A stretch of 64,000 bases of DNA from Candidatus Bathyarchaeia archaeon (lineage in GTDB: Archaea; Thermoproteota; Bathyarchaeia; 40CM-2-53-6). The position numbers and the translations under genes are program-made. The notes under the pieces were generated by a model, which saw only the letters and a list, made by a program, of their open reading frames with translations, made no database searches and was not told where the DNA came from. The stretch lies in NCBI GenBank assembly GCA_049513715.1, contig JBEKVV010000003.1, positions 288,001-352,000 on the forward strand, read 5' to 3'. Of this stretch, positions 19,311 to 27,840 are shown one piece after another. Every line of letters begins with the position of its first letter. Position 1 is the first letter of the stretch.

Positions 19311-20150
19311 CTACGATAGTTTGCTTTTCAGCGAGGCGACGAATTCGTCGGGCGTCAACGCGATCGGCATTTGAAGCCCCTGTTTTCTCAAGTCGCATGA
19401 TAATCTGGTCGCAAGTGGGGGTCTCATGCGAACCCGTTCCATCAGCTCCTCGTCGCTGAATAGGTCTCGGGTTGGAAGGTCCCTGAGAATCTGCCCGTGA
19501 TCCACCAGAATAACCCGATTCGCATATTCAGCGACCAATTTCATGTCGTGAGTAATCATTATGACAGTTAAACCAGTTCGATTCAGGTCGGCGATAAGGC
19601 CAGTCAGATACCTCGAATTCCCGTAGTCCTGGCCTGTTGTCGGCTCATCCAGAAGCAGAACGCTAGGCCGCGAGACCAAAACAGTAGCCGCAGCCAATCT
19701 ACGTCTTTGGCCTCGACTGAGCGCTTGGGGATGTACGTCCTTATACATGGCCAAGTGAACGGTCTCCAAAGCCTCTGTGGCAATTGCGTTCACCTTCTCC
19801 TCAGAAACCCCCATGTTTCTGGGACCGAAAGCCACCTCATTCCAGACACTTCGCGTGAACAACTGATGATCGGGATTCTGTAGCACAAAACCAATCCTTG
19901 ACCCAATCTCACTCAACTTGGCTTCCCGCGTGTCTACTCCATCGACGAGAATTCTTCCTCTAGCAGGTTTGTACAACCCAACGATCAGAGACGCAAGAGT
20001 GCTCTTTCCAGAACCATTTTGCCCAATTAGCCCGACAAATTCCCCGCGCTTGATTTCAGCGTCGGCGCTTCGGATTGAGTACTCCTCGTTTCCCGGGTAC
20101 CTGTACCACACGTCCTCCATCTTGACAACAACGTCAGTCACTTTGGCCAC
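19311..20150 (-). CDS. ECF transporter ATPase (A' component)
   Basis: GQNGSGKS, QNPDHQLF, LSRGQRRR, LLDEPTTGQD, ITHD. Confidence 0.93.
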   Translation of the reverse strand: MAKVTDVVVKMEDVWYRYPGNEEYSIRSADAEIKRGEFVGLIGQNGSGKSTLASLIVGLYKPARGRILVDGVDTREAKLSEIGSRIGFVLQNPDHQLFTRSVWNEVAFGPRNMGVSEEKVNAIATEALETVHLAMYKDVHPQALSRGQRRRLAAATVLVSRPSVLLLDEPTTGQDYGNSRYLTGLIADLNRTGLTVIMITHDMKLVAEYANRVILVDHGQILRDLPTRDLFSDEELMERVRMRPPLATRLSCDLRKQGLQMPIALTPDEFVASLKSKLS

Positions 20151-21054
20151 TCACCTTGAGTTTAGGATCAGGTTGTCGTCGCACTAGACCCTGAACAAGC
20201 GTTCTGATTTCATCAAATGTGATGGCCGAGACTGGTTCTTCATTTCGGCCGCGAAGTGAGGTCAGTGATTTTGATATGAGCGCGGCTTCTGGGATTTCAA
20301 TTCCAATCGAGCTTAGATAATCCGTGTGGTCCCTCAGAAGCTCCCGTGGTGGCTTGTCGAGAACAATCTGGCCTTCGTGCATGACGACGACCCTGTCAGG
20401 CATAAGAATGTCCATGATCCGCTCCAAACGGTGTTCAATGAGAAGTATGGTCATCTTCTTCTCATGGCGCAGTCTCTGAATCGTGGAAAGAACTTCGCTA
20501 GTGCCAGCCAAGTCCAAGTCTGAAGTTGGCTCGTCCAGTATCAATATACTCGGTGCAACCGCCAGGTTCGACGCGATTGCCACTCTCTGCTTCTGGCCAC
20601 CAGAAAGTGCGAAGACGAAACGCTCACTGAGGTCACTGATTTCTATATTTGTCAATATCTTGCCGACTCGTTCCCTCATATCCTCCTTGGGAACCCCTCG
20701 GTTCTCAAGCCCGAAGGCCACCTCATCTACTACCCTGAGGCAGAACAGTTGATTGTCGGGATTCTGGAAAACCAGCCCTGCGTGTTCCGACAGCTTTGCA
20801 ACCGAATTCTCCCTCGTGTCATAACCGTTCAAAAGAACCCGGCCTTTCATCTCGCCTGAAATGTTGTGCGGAATCAAACCGAGCAGGGCCAAGGCCAGCG
20901 TTGACTTCCCGCAGCCGCTCGGTCCCACCATCACAACAAACTCCCCTTCCGTCACGGTGAGATTTACGTTCTTGAGGATGCTCGGCGGAGTGTCGCCTTC
21001 TTTCAGCGGCGGATACGAGAAAGAAAGGTCTTGCACAACTACAGACATAAACAA
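20134..21054 (-). CDS. ECF transporter ATPase (A component)
   Basis: GPSGCGKS, FQNPDNQ, LSGGQKQR, LDEPTSDLD, IEH. Confidence 0.93.
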   Translation of the reverse strand: MFMSVVVQDLSFSYPPLKEGDTPPSILKNVNLTVTEGEFVVMVGPSGCGKSTLALALLGLIPHNISGEMKGRVLLNGYDTRENSVAKLSEHAGLVFQNPDNQLFCLRVVDEVAFGLENRGVPKEDMRERVGKILTNIEISDLSERFVFALSGGQKQRVAIASNLAVAPSILILDEPTSDLDLAGTSEVLSTIQRLRHEKKMTILLIEHRLERIMDILMPDRVVVMHEGQIVLDKPPRELLRDHTDYLSSIGIEIPEAALISKSLTSLRGRNEEPVSAITFDEIRTLVQGLVRRQPDPKLKVSGQSD

Positions 21055-21184
21055 CTCCCTCCTTTCCGTTCAAAGTCAGCGCCGTGTATTTCCATAATCT
21101 ACAGCACTTCAGCTTCCATCAATCGATCTTATGCTGCTCATCGCTAGAGTAGCTTTCTGATGAGCACAGCCTCCATGGATTTGG

Positions 21185-22015
21185 CTACGAAGGGGTATGA
21201 TACGTGAACCCGACGCCTGCGAGAAAGCCGTAGGAGAACCTGAGGTACGTTAATGCCGCAGCTGTGACCAGGATGGCTCCGACTATGATCCAGTCGGTTC
21301 TCTTCATCGAAAGGTCTCTGAAAGCAGTTCTTTTGGTTGTGCCGAATGCCTTTATCTGAATCGCGTTCCCCATTTCTGTGGACCTTCGCAGTGCGCCTAT
21401 CATCAATGGTTCCAGTATGAGTTTCATCTTGTACAGGTTGCGAGCAAACCGTCCACTCTTGTGGCCCCTGAGGTCTATGGCGTTGCTGATGTTGATATAT
21501 TCCTCCAAGAACAAAGGCACGAGCCTAACGGTAACCGTAACCCCAAACGCTAGGACCGAAGGGAGGCCGATCTTGGACAGGCTGAGCAGCATTTCACTCG
21601 GGTCAGTTGTTGAAACCAAGACGACCGAGATAAGGAACGCCAAAGTTGTCTTGAACGAAATGACCAACCCCCACAACACTCCCTCCAAGTAGACCGGCAA
21701 ACCGAATATCGTGCCCAGCAGGACCGTGTTTGGAGGACCACCACCAGTCCTTAATCCAAACGTACCCAACACCGTGAGTCCCAAAATCGTTGAGAAACAA
21801 AACCCAGCCATGTACCATCGAGTGATTTTCGGCACGCGGGCTAGAACGATGAGGATTATCGCGAAAATGTGCAGTGCCACGTAGACCCTGATATCATTAA
21901 CAAGAACAAATGCGATGTACATTATGGAAGCTATCAGCAGTATCTTGACTCTAGGGTCCAAAGCATGCAGAAAGGTCTTCTTGTCGAGGCTCCAAAAGGT
22001 CAGTGGGGACGCCAT
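21185..22015 (-). CDS. ECF transporter T component
   Basis: LHALDPRVK, TTDP, AIDLRG and AIQIKAF coupling helices. Confidence 0.9.
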   Translation of the reverse strand: MASPLTFWSLDKKTFLHALDPRVKILLIASIMYIAFVLVNDIRVYVALHIFAIILIVLARVPKITRWYMAGFCFSTILGLTVLGTFGLRTGGGPPNTVLLGTIFGLPVYLEGVLWGLVISFKTTLAFLISVVLVSTTDPSEMLLSLSKIGLPSVLAFGVTVTVRLVPLFLEEYINISNAIDLRGHKSGRFARNLYKMKLILEPLMIGALRRSTEMGNAIQIKAFGTTKRTAFRDLSMKRTDWIIVGAILVTAAALTYLRFSYGFLAGVGFTYHTPS

Positions 22016-22125
22016 TCAACTTACCACATACTCATGAATACCCGTCCCACTCACCGCCCTTGATTGGTGGGACCACAGGCGGACGCCGCCCTACGTAGGT
22101 GGACATCCGCTTGGGCAGCTACGAC

Positions 22126-22707
22126 TCACTTGCCTATCAGTGGTTTGATTGCTTTTCCAGTTCGGAAACCCAGCAGACCCATCACCGGTCCAGCGATGAC
22201 GAACCCCGCTCCCGCAATCGCTAGGACATCTGCCGGAAGTACAGTGGCGAAAAATACTGGCATAATGATGCCGAATCCTATCGCGAAAGCAGCAATTCCG
22301 TCAACCAGACCTCCAATGATAACGCTCCACCAGTTGTCCATGTAGTGGCCGGAAGAGAACCAAACAGCGATTATCGCGATTTCCGCTATGACTCCCTGGC
22401 CTATGTTCTGCATAGCCCAGATTGGGCTACCGCCGAAGAACAGCAGATTGACCAGCAGCTGGATGAGTGTGAAAATGATCACGGTGAAAGGCTTCCGAAC
22501 GATCGCGGCGGTCACACAGAACAGGAAACTGAACTGCATTATGAACCACCACTCACCAATCGGCGTAGGAAGCGGCAGCATAATTCCAATCATGTTGATT
22601 ACCCTGCTTATGGCAGCAATAACAGCGATAACAATTATGTCTGGTATCGATAACTGCCAGAGCTTCCTCGAACCTCTCTGCGTTTGCATCATAGAACGTC
22701 GAGCCAT
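22126..22707 (-). CDS. ECF transporter S component, substrate unknown
   Basis: DIIVIAVIAAI start, VRKP loop, ~6 TMs; first gene of an S-T-A-A' operon. Confidence 0.8.
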   Translation of the reverse strand: MARRSMMQTQRGSRKLWQLSIPDIIVIAVIAAISRVINMIGIMLPLPTPIGEWWFIMQFSFLFCVTAAIVRKPFTVIIFTLIQLLVNLLFFGGSPIWAMQNIGQGVIAEIAIIAVWFSSGHYMDNWWSVIIGGLVDGIAAFAIGFGIIMPVFFATVLPADVLAIAGAGFVIAGPVMGLLGFRTGKAIKPLIGK

Positions 22708-22923
22708 AATCTGACTCTGTGCTGGCTTTTAGATTATCGTATATTCACAGAAGAATAATCAGACATGTATATTCAGACACAAGTTTGTATATACCCCAAG
22801 GCTCAATGCGTCAGAAATACGCATAGAAAACGGGAAGATGTACGAACAGGGGGTATCTAAATGAAACTGTGGACAAAGATTTTTACCTAAGTTTGAACGC
22901 ATTGTTGCCGGAGCCTGTCAAAC

Positions 22924-23391
22924 GTGTTACAGAAAATGGAATTAGAGTGGCCGGAAATCAAAAACAAAGTCACCGCGTCGCTACTCAAGGAAGAAGAACC
23001 CGAGCTATGCGAGGCTCTCTGGAGGAAGATCGAGACTCCTGCGAAACTATTCTGCCGGCACACCTTATCGACTGGTTATGTGTTCATGGGTGAACAGCGT
23101 CCCCCGAGACATCCTGTCCAAGCTGGCACACAGGCCGTGCCTTTGGGCAGGAAGGAATGGTTGCCATCTAGGATTGAGCCTGGGAGCGTAATCTATTCCG
23201 GTGTCGGAGGATACGGCGGAATTACCGTCTACTACGGCCCGTCCACTACGCCTCTGCGAGAATCAGGCTCGCCGGTCGCGAAAGTCGATAGGAATCAGTT
23301 GGACGATCTGGTGAGAGGCGGGGAGTACGTTTTCAATGCTCAGTACATGACGCATCGGCCGTCAATTATGATTGTTAGAAGGGTGAAATAG
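22924..23391 (+). CDS. McbB/cucumopine synthase N-terminal (cyclophilin-like, DUF3830-like) domain as a separate gene
   Basis: ELEW...VTA.L....PELCE.LW, H...TG, YYGP.T, PV..V....DDL...G, final VRR match the recalled McbB N-domain. Confidence 0.75.
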   Translation: MLQKMELEWPEIKNKVTASLLKEEEPELCEALWRKIETPAKLFCRHTLSTGYVFMGEQRPPRHPVQAGTQAVPLGRKEWLPSRIEPGSVIYSGVGGYGGITVYYGPSTTPLRESGSPVAKVDRNQLDDLVRGGEYVFNAQYMTHRPSIMIVRRVK

Positions 23392-23392
23392 G

Positions 23393-23980
23393 ATGGCAAA
23401 AGATTGGCACGAGGTCAAGGATCAACTCGAAGCTGAGTTGGATAGGATTTGGTGGGACGAACCAGAAGAGGTTACGATGTCCAAACTGGGTATCTTCCCC
23501 AGTGGAGCGGGCGTCTACAACCAAGTGTTGGGGAACCTCTTCTTCCAACTCACCGAGACGCAAGCAATGGGCTGGGCGACTGCGGAACCCATTGTGAAGC
23601 AGCTAATTGCGAATCCGACATTCACGCTGGAGCAGTGCGAGATTGTGTGGAAGTACCTTACTGTCAATATGACTAAGCTCCTTGGAGGTATGGACCCGCC
23701 GAGGTGTCCTGCTCCTTGGCTCAACCTTCCAAAGCTGCTGCAGTTTTCAAATGACATTGTCAATTCCTTCGAGACCGTCAAAACCAAGGAAGAGTTGTCC
23801 GATCTCTTGTGGAGCTGGTTCAACTACGTGAACTGTGTAAATCGCTGGTTCGCGTTGGCGTTTCCGTGGCACCTAGGAAAAATGTTGCCGCAGGTGACGC
23901 CCAAGGACGTCGAACAACTGGCCAGATTATCGGGGATGAAGGTTCAGAAGGAGGCGCTACAAGTTGTGGAACAAAGCTAG
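23393..23980 (+). CDS. Cucumopine synthase/McbB C-terminal helical-bundle domain as a separate gene
   Basis: E.DRIW..EPEEV....G...SGAG.Y.Q and YVN..N.W....FPWHLG signature motifs. Confidence 0.82.
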   Translation: MAKDWHEVKDQLEAELDRIWWDEPEEVTMSKLGIFPSGAGVYNQVLGNLFFQLTETQAMGWATAEPIVKQLIANPTFTLEQCEIVWKYLTVNMTKLLGGMDPPRCPAPWLNLPKLLQFSNDIVNSFETVKTKEELSDLLWSWFNYVNCVNRWFALAFPWHLGKMLPQVTPKDVEQLARLSGMKVQKEALQVVEQS

Positions 23981-25085
23981 AGGATCCATCAAGCTCCTAA
24001 TGACGCCTGGGCCCCTCGAGGTTTCTCCGCGGGTCCTTGAAGCAATGTCGAGGCCCCAAAGTTACTCATACTACAAGAACTTTCTCGACTTATTCGCGGA
24101 AACGACGGAGAAGATGAAGAAGATCTTTCAAACGAAGAATGACGTGCTCTTAATGCAAGGAGAGGGAGTCCTTGGCCTGGAGGCCGCAGTCGCCAACACC
24201 ATTGACCCAGGCGACAAGGTACTCGTTTTGGACTCCGGACCTTTCGGCAAATGGTTTGGAGAGTACGTTGTGAACTTCGGAGGACAAGTCTCTGAGATGT
24301 CAGTGCAATACAACGACGCGATTGACCCCGGCCGGCTCAAAGAGAAACTGGAGACGGAGAAGGACGTCAAAGCAATGACAGTTGTCCACTGTGAAACACC
24401 CGCCGGCATCATGAACCCAATTCGAGAACTCTGCCCGCTCGCGAAAAAGAAAGGAATCCTAACAATAGTTGACGCCGTCGCATCAGTTGGTGGCGTAGAT
24501 GTGAGGCCAGACGAGTGGGGAATCGACATTTGCATTACTGGTTCCCAGAAGGCTATTTCCTCAACACCTGGTCTGACCATGGTATCAATGAGCCCCGAAG
24601 CATGGGAAGCCGTGGACAAGAAGAAGAAACCCATCAAGAACTCCTACCTGAGCCTAACTGATTGGAGAGATGCGTGGATAAAGCACGGGCATTTTCCTTA
24701 CACGCCCTTCATCTCTGAAATCTGTGGGCTTGCAGAAGCCGAAGATGAACTGTTGGAGGAGGGACTCCAGAACTCATTTGCAAGGCATCATGCAGCTGCG
24801 GAAGCGTGCAGAAAAGGCGTGGATAGGCTTGGGATGAAGCTTTGGCCGAGAAGACGGGAAATCTGCGCGGACACAGTAACTGCCATTCAGATCCCTGACG
24901 GTTACACTGACATGGGCATCATCAATACTATGGTCGAGAAATACGGGGTTCTCATCAGCGGCGGACCAGGATTAGAGAAACCATTGCTAAGAATCGGCCA
25001 CATGGGATATGCAGCGACAGTCATGAATGTCACCACAACAATGTGGGCTCTAGAACAAACTCTGAAGGAACTCAAGAAAAACTAG
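23964..25085 (+). CDS. Class V aminotransferase, pyridoxamine-pyruvate aminotransferase-like
   Basis: TPGP, GEGVLGLEAA, YNDAIDP, HCETP, DAV.S, SQK lysine, LSL.DW..AW, FPYTP.ISEI.GL, RIGHMG. Confidence 0.85.
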   Translation: MWNKARGSIKLLMTPGPLEVSPRVLEAMSRPQSYSYYKNFLDLFAETTEKMKKIFQTKNDVLLMQGEGVLGLEAAVANTIDPGDKVLVLDSGPFGKWFGEYVVNFGGQVSEMSVQYNDAIDPGRLKEKLETEKDVKAMTVVHCETPAGIMNPIRELCPLAKKKGILTIVDAVASVGGVDVRPDEWGIDICITGSQKAISSTPGLTMVSMSPEAWEAVDKKKKPIKNSYLSLTDWRDAWIKHGHFPYTPFISEICGLAEAEDELLEEGLQNSFARHHAAAEACRKGVDRLGMKLWPRRREICADTVTAIQIPDGYTDMGIINTMVEKYGVLISGGPGLEKPLLRIGHMGYAATVMNVTTTMWALEQTLKELKKN

Positions 25086-25291
25086 CCACTTGGAACCATC
25101 AACAAAGAGCCAGCAACGTTACGGAGTCTCTGCGCCACGAATTCCCACTACCAATCTGCGTCGATGAAGCCGTGAAGGGGGCTTCGGCCTTTCGGCAAGC
25201 ACGATGTGGAAGTTCGACCGGCGGAGCGGAGGAAAGTCCAAATCCGCTCATTTCCATATATAATGCGCCTGCATAGTGGTTTTGACGCCTC

Positions 25292-25765
25292 TTGACTGGC
25301 AAAGATCGATTGGACAAGATCGACCGCAGCTTACTGAATAGTCTCCAACGAGACAATCGGATTCCGCTGGATCGTCTGGCTCGCAAACTCAGGATACCCA
25401 AATCCACGATTCACTATCGGATACGTCGCCTCGAAAAGGCGGGAATCATCAAAGGATACGGTGCCAGGCTCGACGCAGCCCAACTGGGACACGACTATCT
25501 TGGAATAGTCGCAGTTCGTGTAACATCTGGACCACAGGGTGCCGAACGAATCGGAAAGCGATTGGCTGAGGTTAACGGGGCATGGGCAGTTTACTATGTC
25601 TTGGGAGACATAGACTTCATAGTGGTAATCAGGGCACATGACCGGGATGACTACATGAGGAAGTTGAACGAAATCTTCAACGTTGGAGACATTGAACGAA
25701 CAACTACTCACATCGTCGCGCGAGTATTCAAAGACCCAATACTCGATCCAACAGTGCCCTTATAG
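25292..25765 (+). CDS. Lrp/AsnC family transcriptional regulator
   Basis: LDKIDR..L..LQ.D.R HTH, RIRRLEKAGIIKGY, GDIDF RAM domain. Confidence 0.93.
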   Translation: MTGKDRLDKIDRSLLNSLQRDNRIPLDRLARKLRIPKSTIHYRIRRLEKAGIIKGYGARLDAAQLGHDYLGIVAVRVTSGPQGAERIGKRLAEVNGAWAVYYVLGDIDFIVVIRAHDRDDYMRKLNEIFNVGDIERTTTHIVARVFKDPILDPTVPL

Positions 25766-26114
25766 CCTGTTAAGCGCCGACCCTCTTCAGGTAATTGCCA
25801 AAAACGAACCCCTGTAAATGAAGCATCTCCGATTCGCACCCAAGCACCACCGTTCGTCTATCATACAGCGCAGGAACCAAAGCCCTCCGTAGACACGAGA
25901 CAGTCCGGTTCTAATCATCGAGTTTTCATGATACAAACGGAACAAAGTACAATATAGCCAGGGGATTGTGCACCACCTTCCCACATTCCGCAGCATAAAT
26001 TGTACAACGTTCAACTGACGGAAAATACCTCATATATACTTCATATGCGGAAGATTTACAGTCTCTAGGGGTGCGAATGGAAAAAGAGTACCTATTGCCG
26101 ATGGAGCGAATGTT

Positions 26115-27464
26115 ATGAAAGGAGCAGTTACTACGGCACCGTTGGTAGGTAACGTCGCCACTGGGGTCACACAGATATCTCTGCCAGTTGAGGAATTGCC
26201 GCGCAAATGGTACAATATCATCCCAGACTTACCCAAGGCGTTGCCTCCGCCGAAAGAACCCGAAACCGGGCCCTCGCGGGCTGAGTTTCTGGGCAGAACA
26301 ATGATCCATGAATGCCTGCGGCAAGAAGCCTCCAATGATCGATGGATTCCGATTCCAGAAGGAGTCAGAGACCTCTTAATTCAAGCCGGGCGACCTCGAC
26401 CACTCTACAGGGCCCGAAGGCTTGAGAATAAGTTAGGGCTGAAGAAGGTGAGGCTCTACTACAAGCGTGAAGACCTTTCCCCGACTGGTTCTCACAAAGT
26501 CAACACGGCCTTGCCTCAAGCATACTACGCCGCTAAAGAAGGAAAGAGCGTTCTCGTAACGGAGACGGGGGCTGGGCAATGGGGGACCGCATTGTCCTAC
26601 GCCGCGTCACTGATGGGGCTGTCGACGGTCGTATTCTGGGTGAGGGCCGTTCACGATTGGAAGACAGGGAGACGCACTCTAATGAGACTGTACGGTGCGA
26701 AGGTCTATGCCTCACCGAGTGACCAGACATCTTTCGGAAAGAAGCTTCTCTCAAAGGACCCCAAACATCCCGGGTCGCTGGGAATAGCGGTCTCAGAGGG
26801 CCTTGAGTACACGGAAGGTTCGCCTGACCGAGTCTACTGCTTGGGTTCGGTTCTGAATCACGTTCTGATTCATCAATCCATCATCGGTCTTGAGGTCATC
26901 AAGCAATTCGAACAGGTGGATGACTCACCCGACCTTGTCGTTGGTTGCCTCGGTGGCGGCTCGAACTTTGGCGGCATCGCGCTGCCTTTCATGGGCGAAG
27001 TTCTTGCCAAGAAGAGAAAATGCGAATTCCTCGCCTCCCAGTCAGAGGCGGCGCCGAACCTTCTGAAGGGAGAGTACAGGTATGATTTCGGTGACACTGC
27101 TGGCCACACGCCCCTTATGATGATGTACACTCTAGGCCACGAGGCGGTGATGCAGCCTATTCGGTCGGATGGCTTGCGTTACCATGCGGCGGCTCCTATC
27201 ATCAGCGCGCTGAGGGCGCAGGGCCTGCTTCGGGCAGTTGCATACCCCGCCGACGAGGTCGCAGTCTTTACGGCGGCAAGACTGTTCCTTGAAAGTGAAG
27301 GTTGGCTCATCGCAGGAGAATCCGCACACGCCGTCAGAGCCGCAATCGATGAAGCTAAACGAGCTGAGTCAAAGGGCGAAGAGAAATGCATACTGATCAA
27401 CATCAGCGGACACGGCTTCCTTGATATCGACGCATACAGCTCTGTACTGCATCTGGACGGCTAA
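26115..27464 (+). CDS. trpB2: Tryptophan synthase beta chain, TrpB2 type (no trpA)
   Basis: P..WYNI.PDLP..LPPP, RP.PLYRA, PTGSHK, TETGAGQWG, GSLGIA.SE, LGSVLNHV, GGGSN, GLRYH, SGHG. Confidence 0.93.
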   Translation: MKGAVTTAPLVGNVATGVTQISLPVEELPRKWYNIIPDLPKALPPPKEPETGPSRAEFLGRTMIHECLRQEASNDRWIPIPEGVRDLLIQAGRPRPLYRARRLENKLGLKKVRLYYKREDLSPTGSHKVNTALPQAYYAAKEGKSVLVTETGAGQWGTALSYAASLMGLSTVVFWVRAVHDWKTGRRTLMRLYGAKVYASPSDQTSFGKKLLSKDPKHPGSLGIAVSEGLEYTEGSPDRVYCLGSVLNHVLIHQSIIGLEVIKQFEQVDDSPDLVVGCLGGGSNFGGIALPFMGEVLAKKRKCEFLASQSEAAPNLLKGEYRYDFGDTAGHTPLMMMYTLGHEAVMQPIRSDGLRYHAAAPIISALRAQGLLRAVAYPADEVAVFTAARLFLESEGWLIAGESAHAVRAAIDEAKRAESKGEEKCILINISGHGFLDIDAYSSVLHLDG

Positions 27465-27618
27465 GTACGGCGGTCCATCCGGAGACTGTTCTACAGGGCC
27501 GAGATGCTGCGTCCCATTTCCTTCATGTACTTTTCATGTTCTTCTACGATTTTGCCGAATCTGTCGTCATCGTAAGACCATCGATGCGCGAGAATAGAAG
27601 GATTCAAACCTAATTTGA

Positions 27619-27763
27619 TGGCGGGTCCGGAGGGATTTGAACCCTGCCGGCCACGAAATGGTGGCTCTCGACCTTCGGGTGTCCCTCAAGCCTGCGTTAA
27701 GAGCTTCGGCCCAGCATTCATCAATGCCCAATCCGCCGCTCTACCTGGCTGAGCTACGGACCC
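27619..27763 (-). tRNA. tRNA-Lys(CUU) with three introns (27705-27732 at 30/31; 27681-27697 at 37/38; 27644-27666 at 51/52) and encoded CCA
   Basis: Removing the three BHB-flanked introns gives a 77-nt cloverleaf: GGGUCCG UA GCUC AGCCAGGUA GAGC G GCGGG CU CUU AA CCCGA AGGUC GAGGG UUCAAAU CCCUC CGGACCC G CCA. Confidence 0.9.
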
Positions 27764-27840
27764 ACCAAGAACCTCTGAACGCAGGCTAGGGAAATTAAAG
27801 TGTTGTCTGCTACAGGTTTAGCTAAGCAATGTGATGACTG

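Larger units (their letters stand above)
18862..27643. mobile_element. ~8.8-kb genomic island integrated at the tRNA-Lys 3' end (no integrase found)
   Basis: Bounded by 24-bp direct repeats, one inside the tRNA gene; carries accessory metabolic cargo. Confidence 0.7.

Noticed and set aside
22784..22794. tttgtatatac shared with the divergent promoter at 55668-55678
   Set aside because: Explained by TATA-box-like sequence; insufficient evidence for a shared regulon
25229..25239. GAGGAAAGTCC, resembling the RNase P RNA conserved region
   Set aside because: It sits in the loop of a short gagcgga/tccgctc hairpin about 50 bp before the Lrp gene. There is no room for the rest of the RNA and no 3' P4 strand was found.
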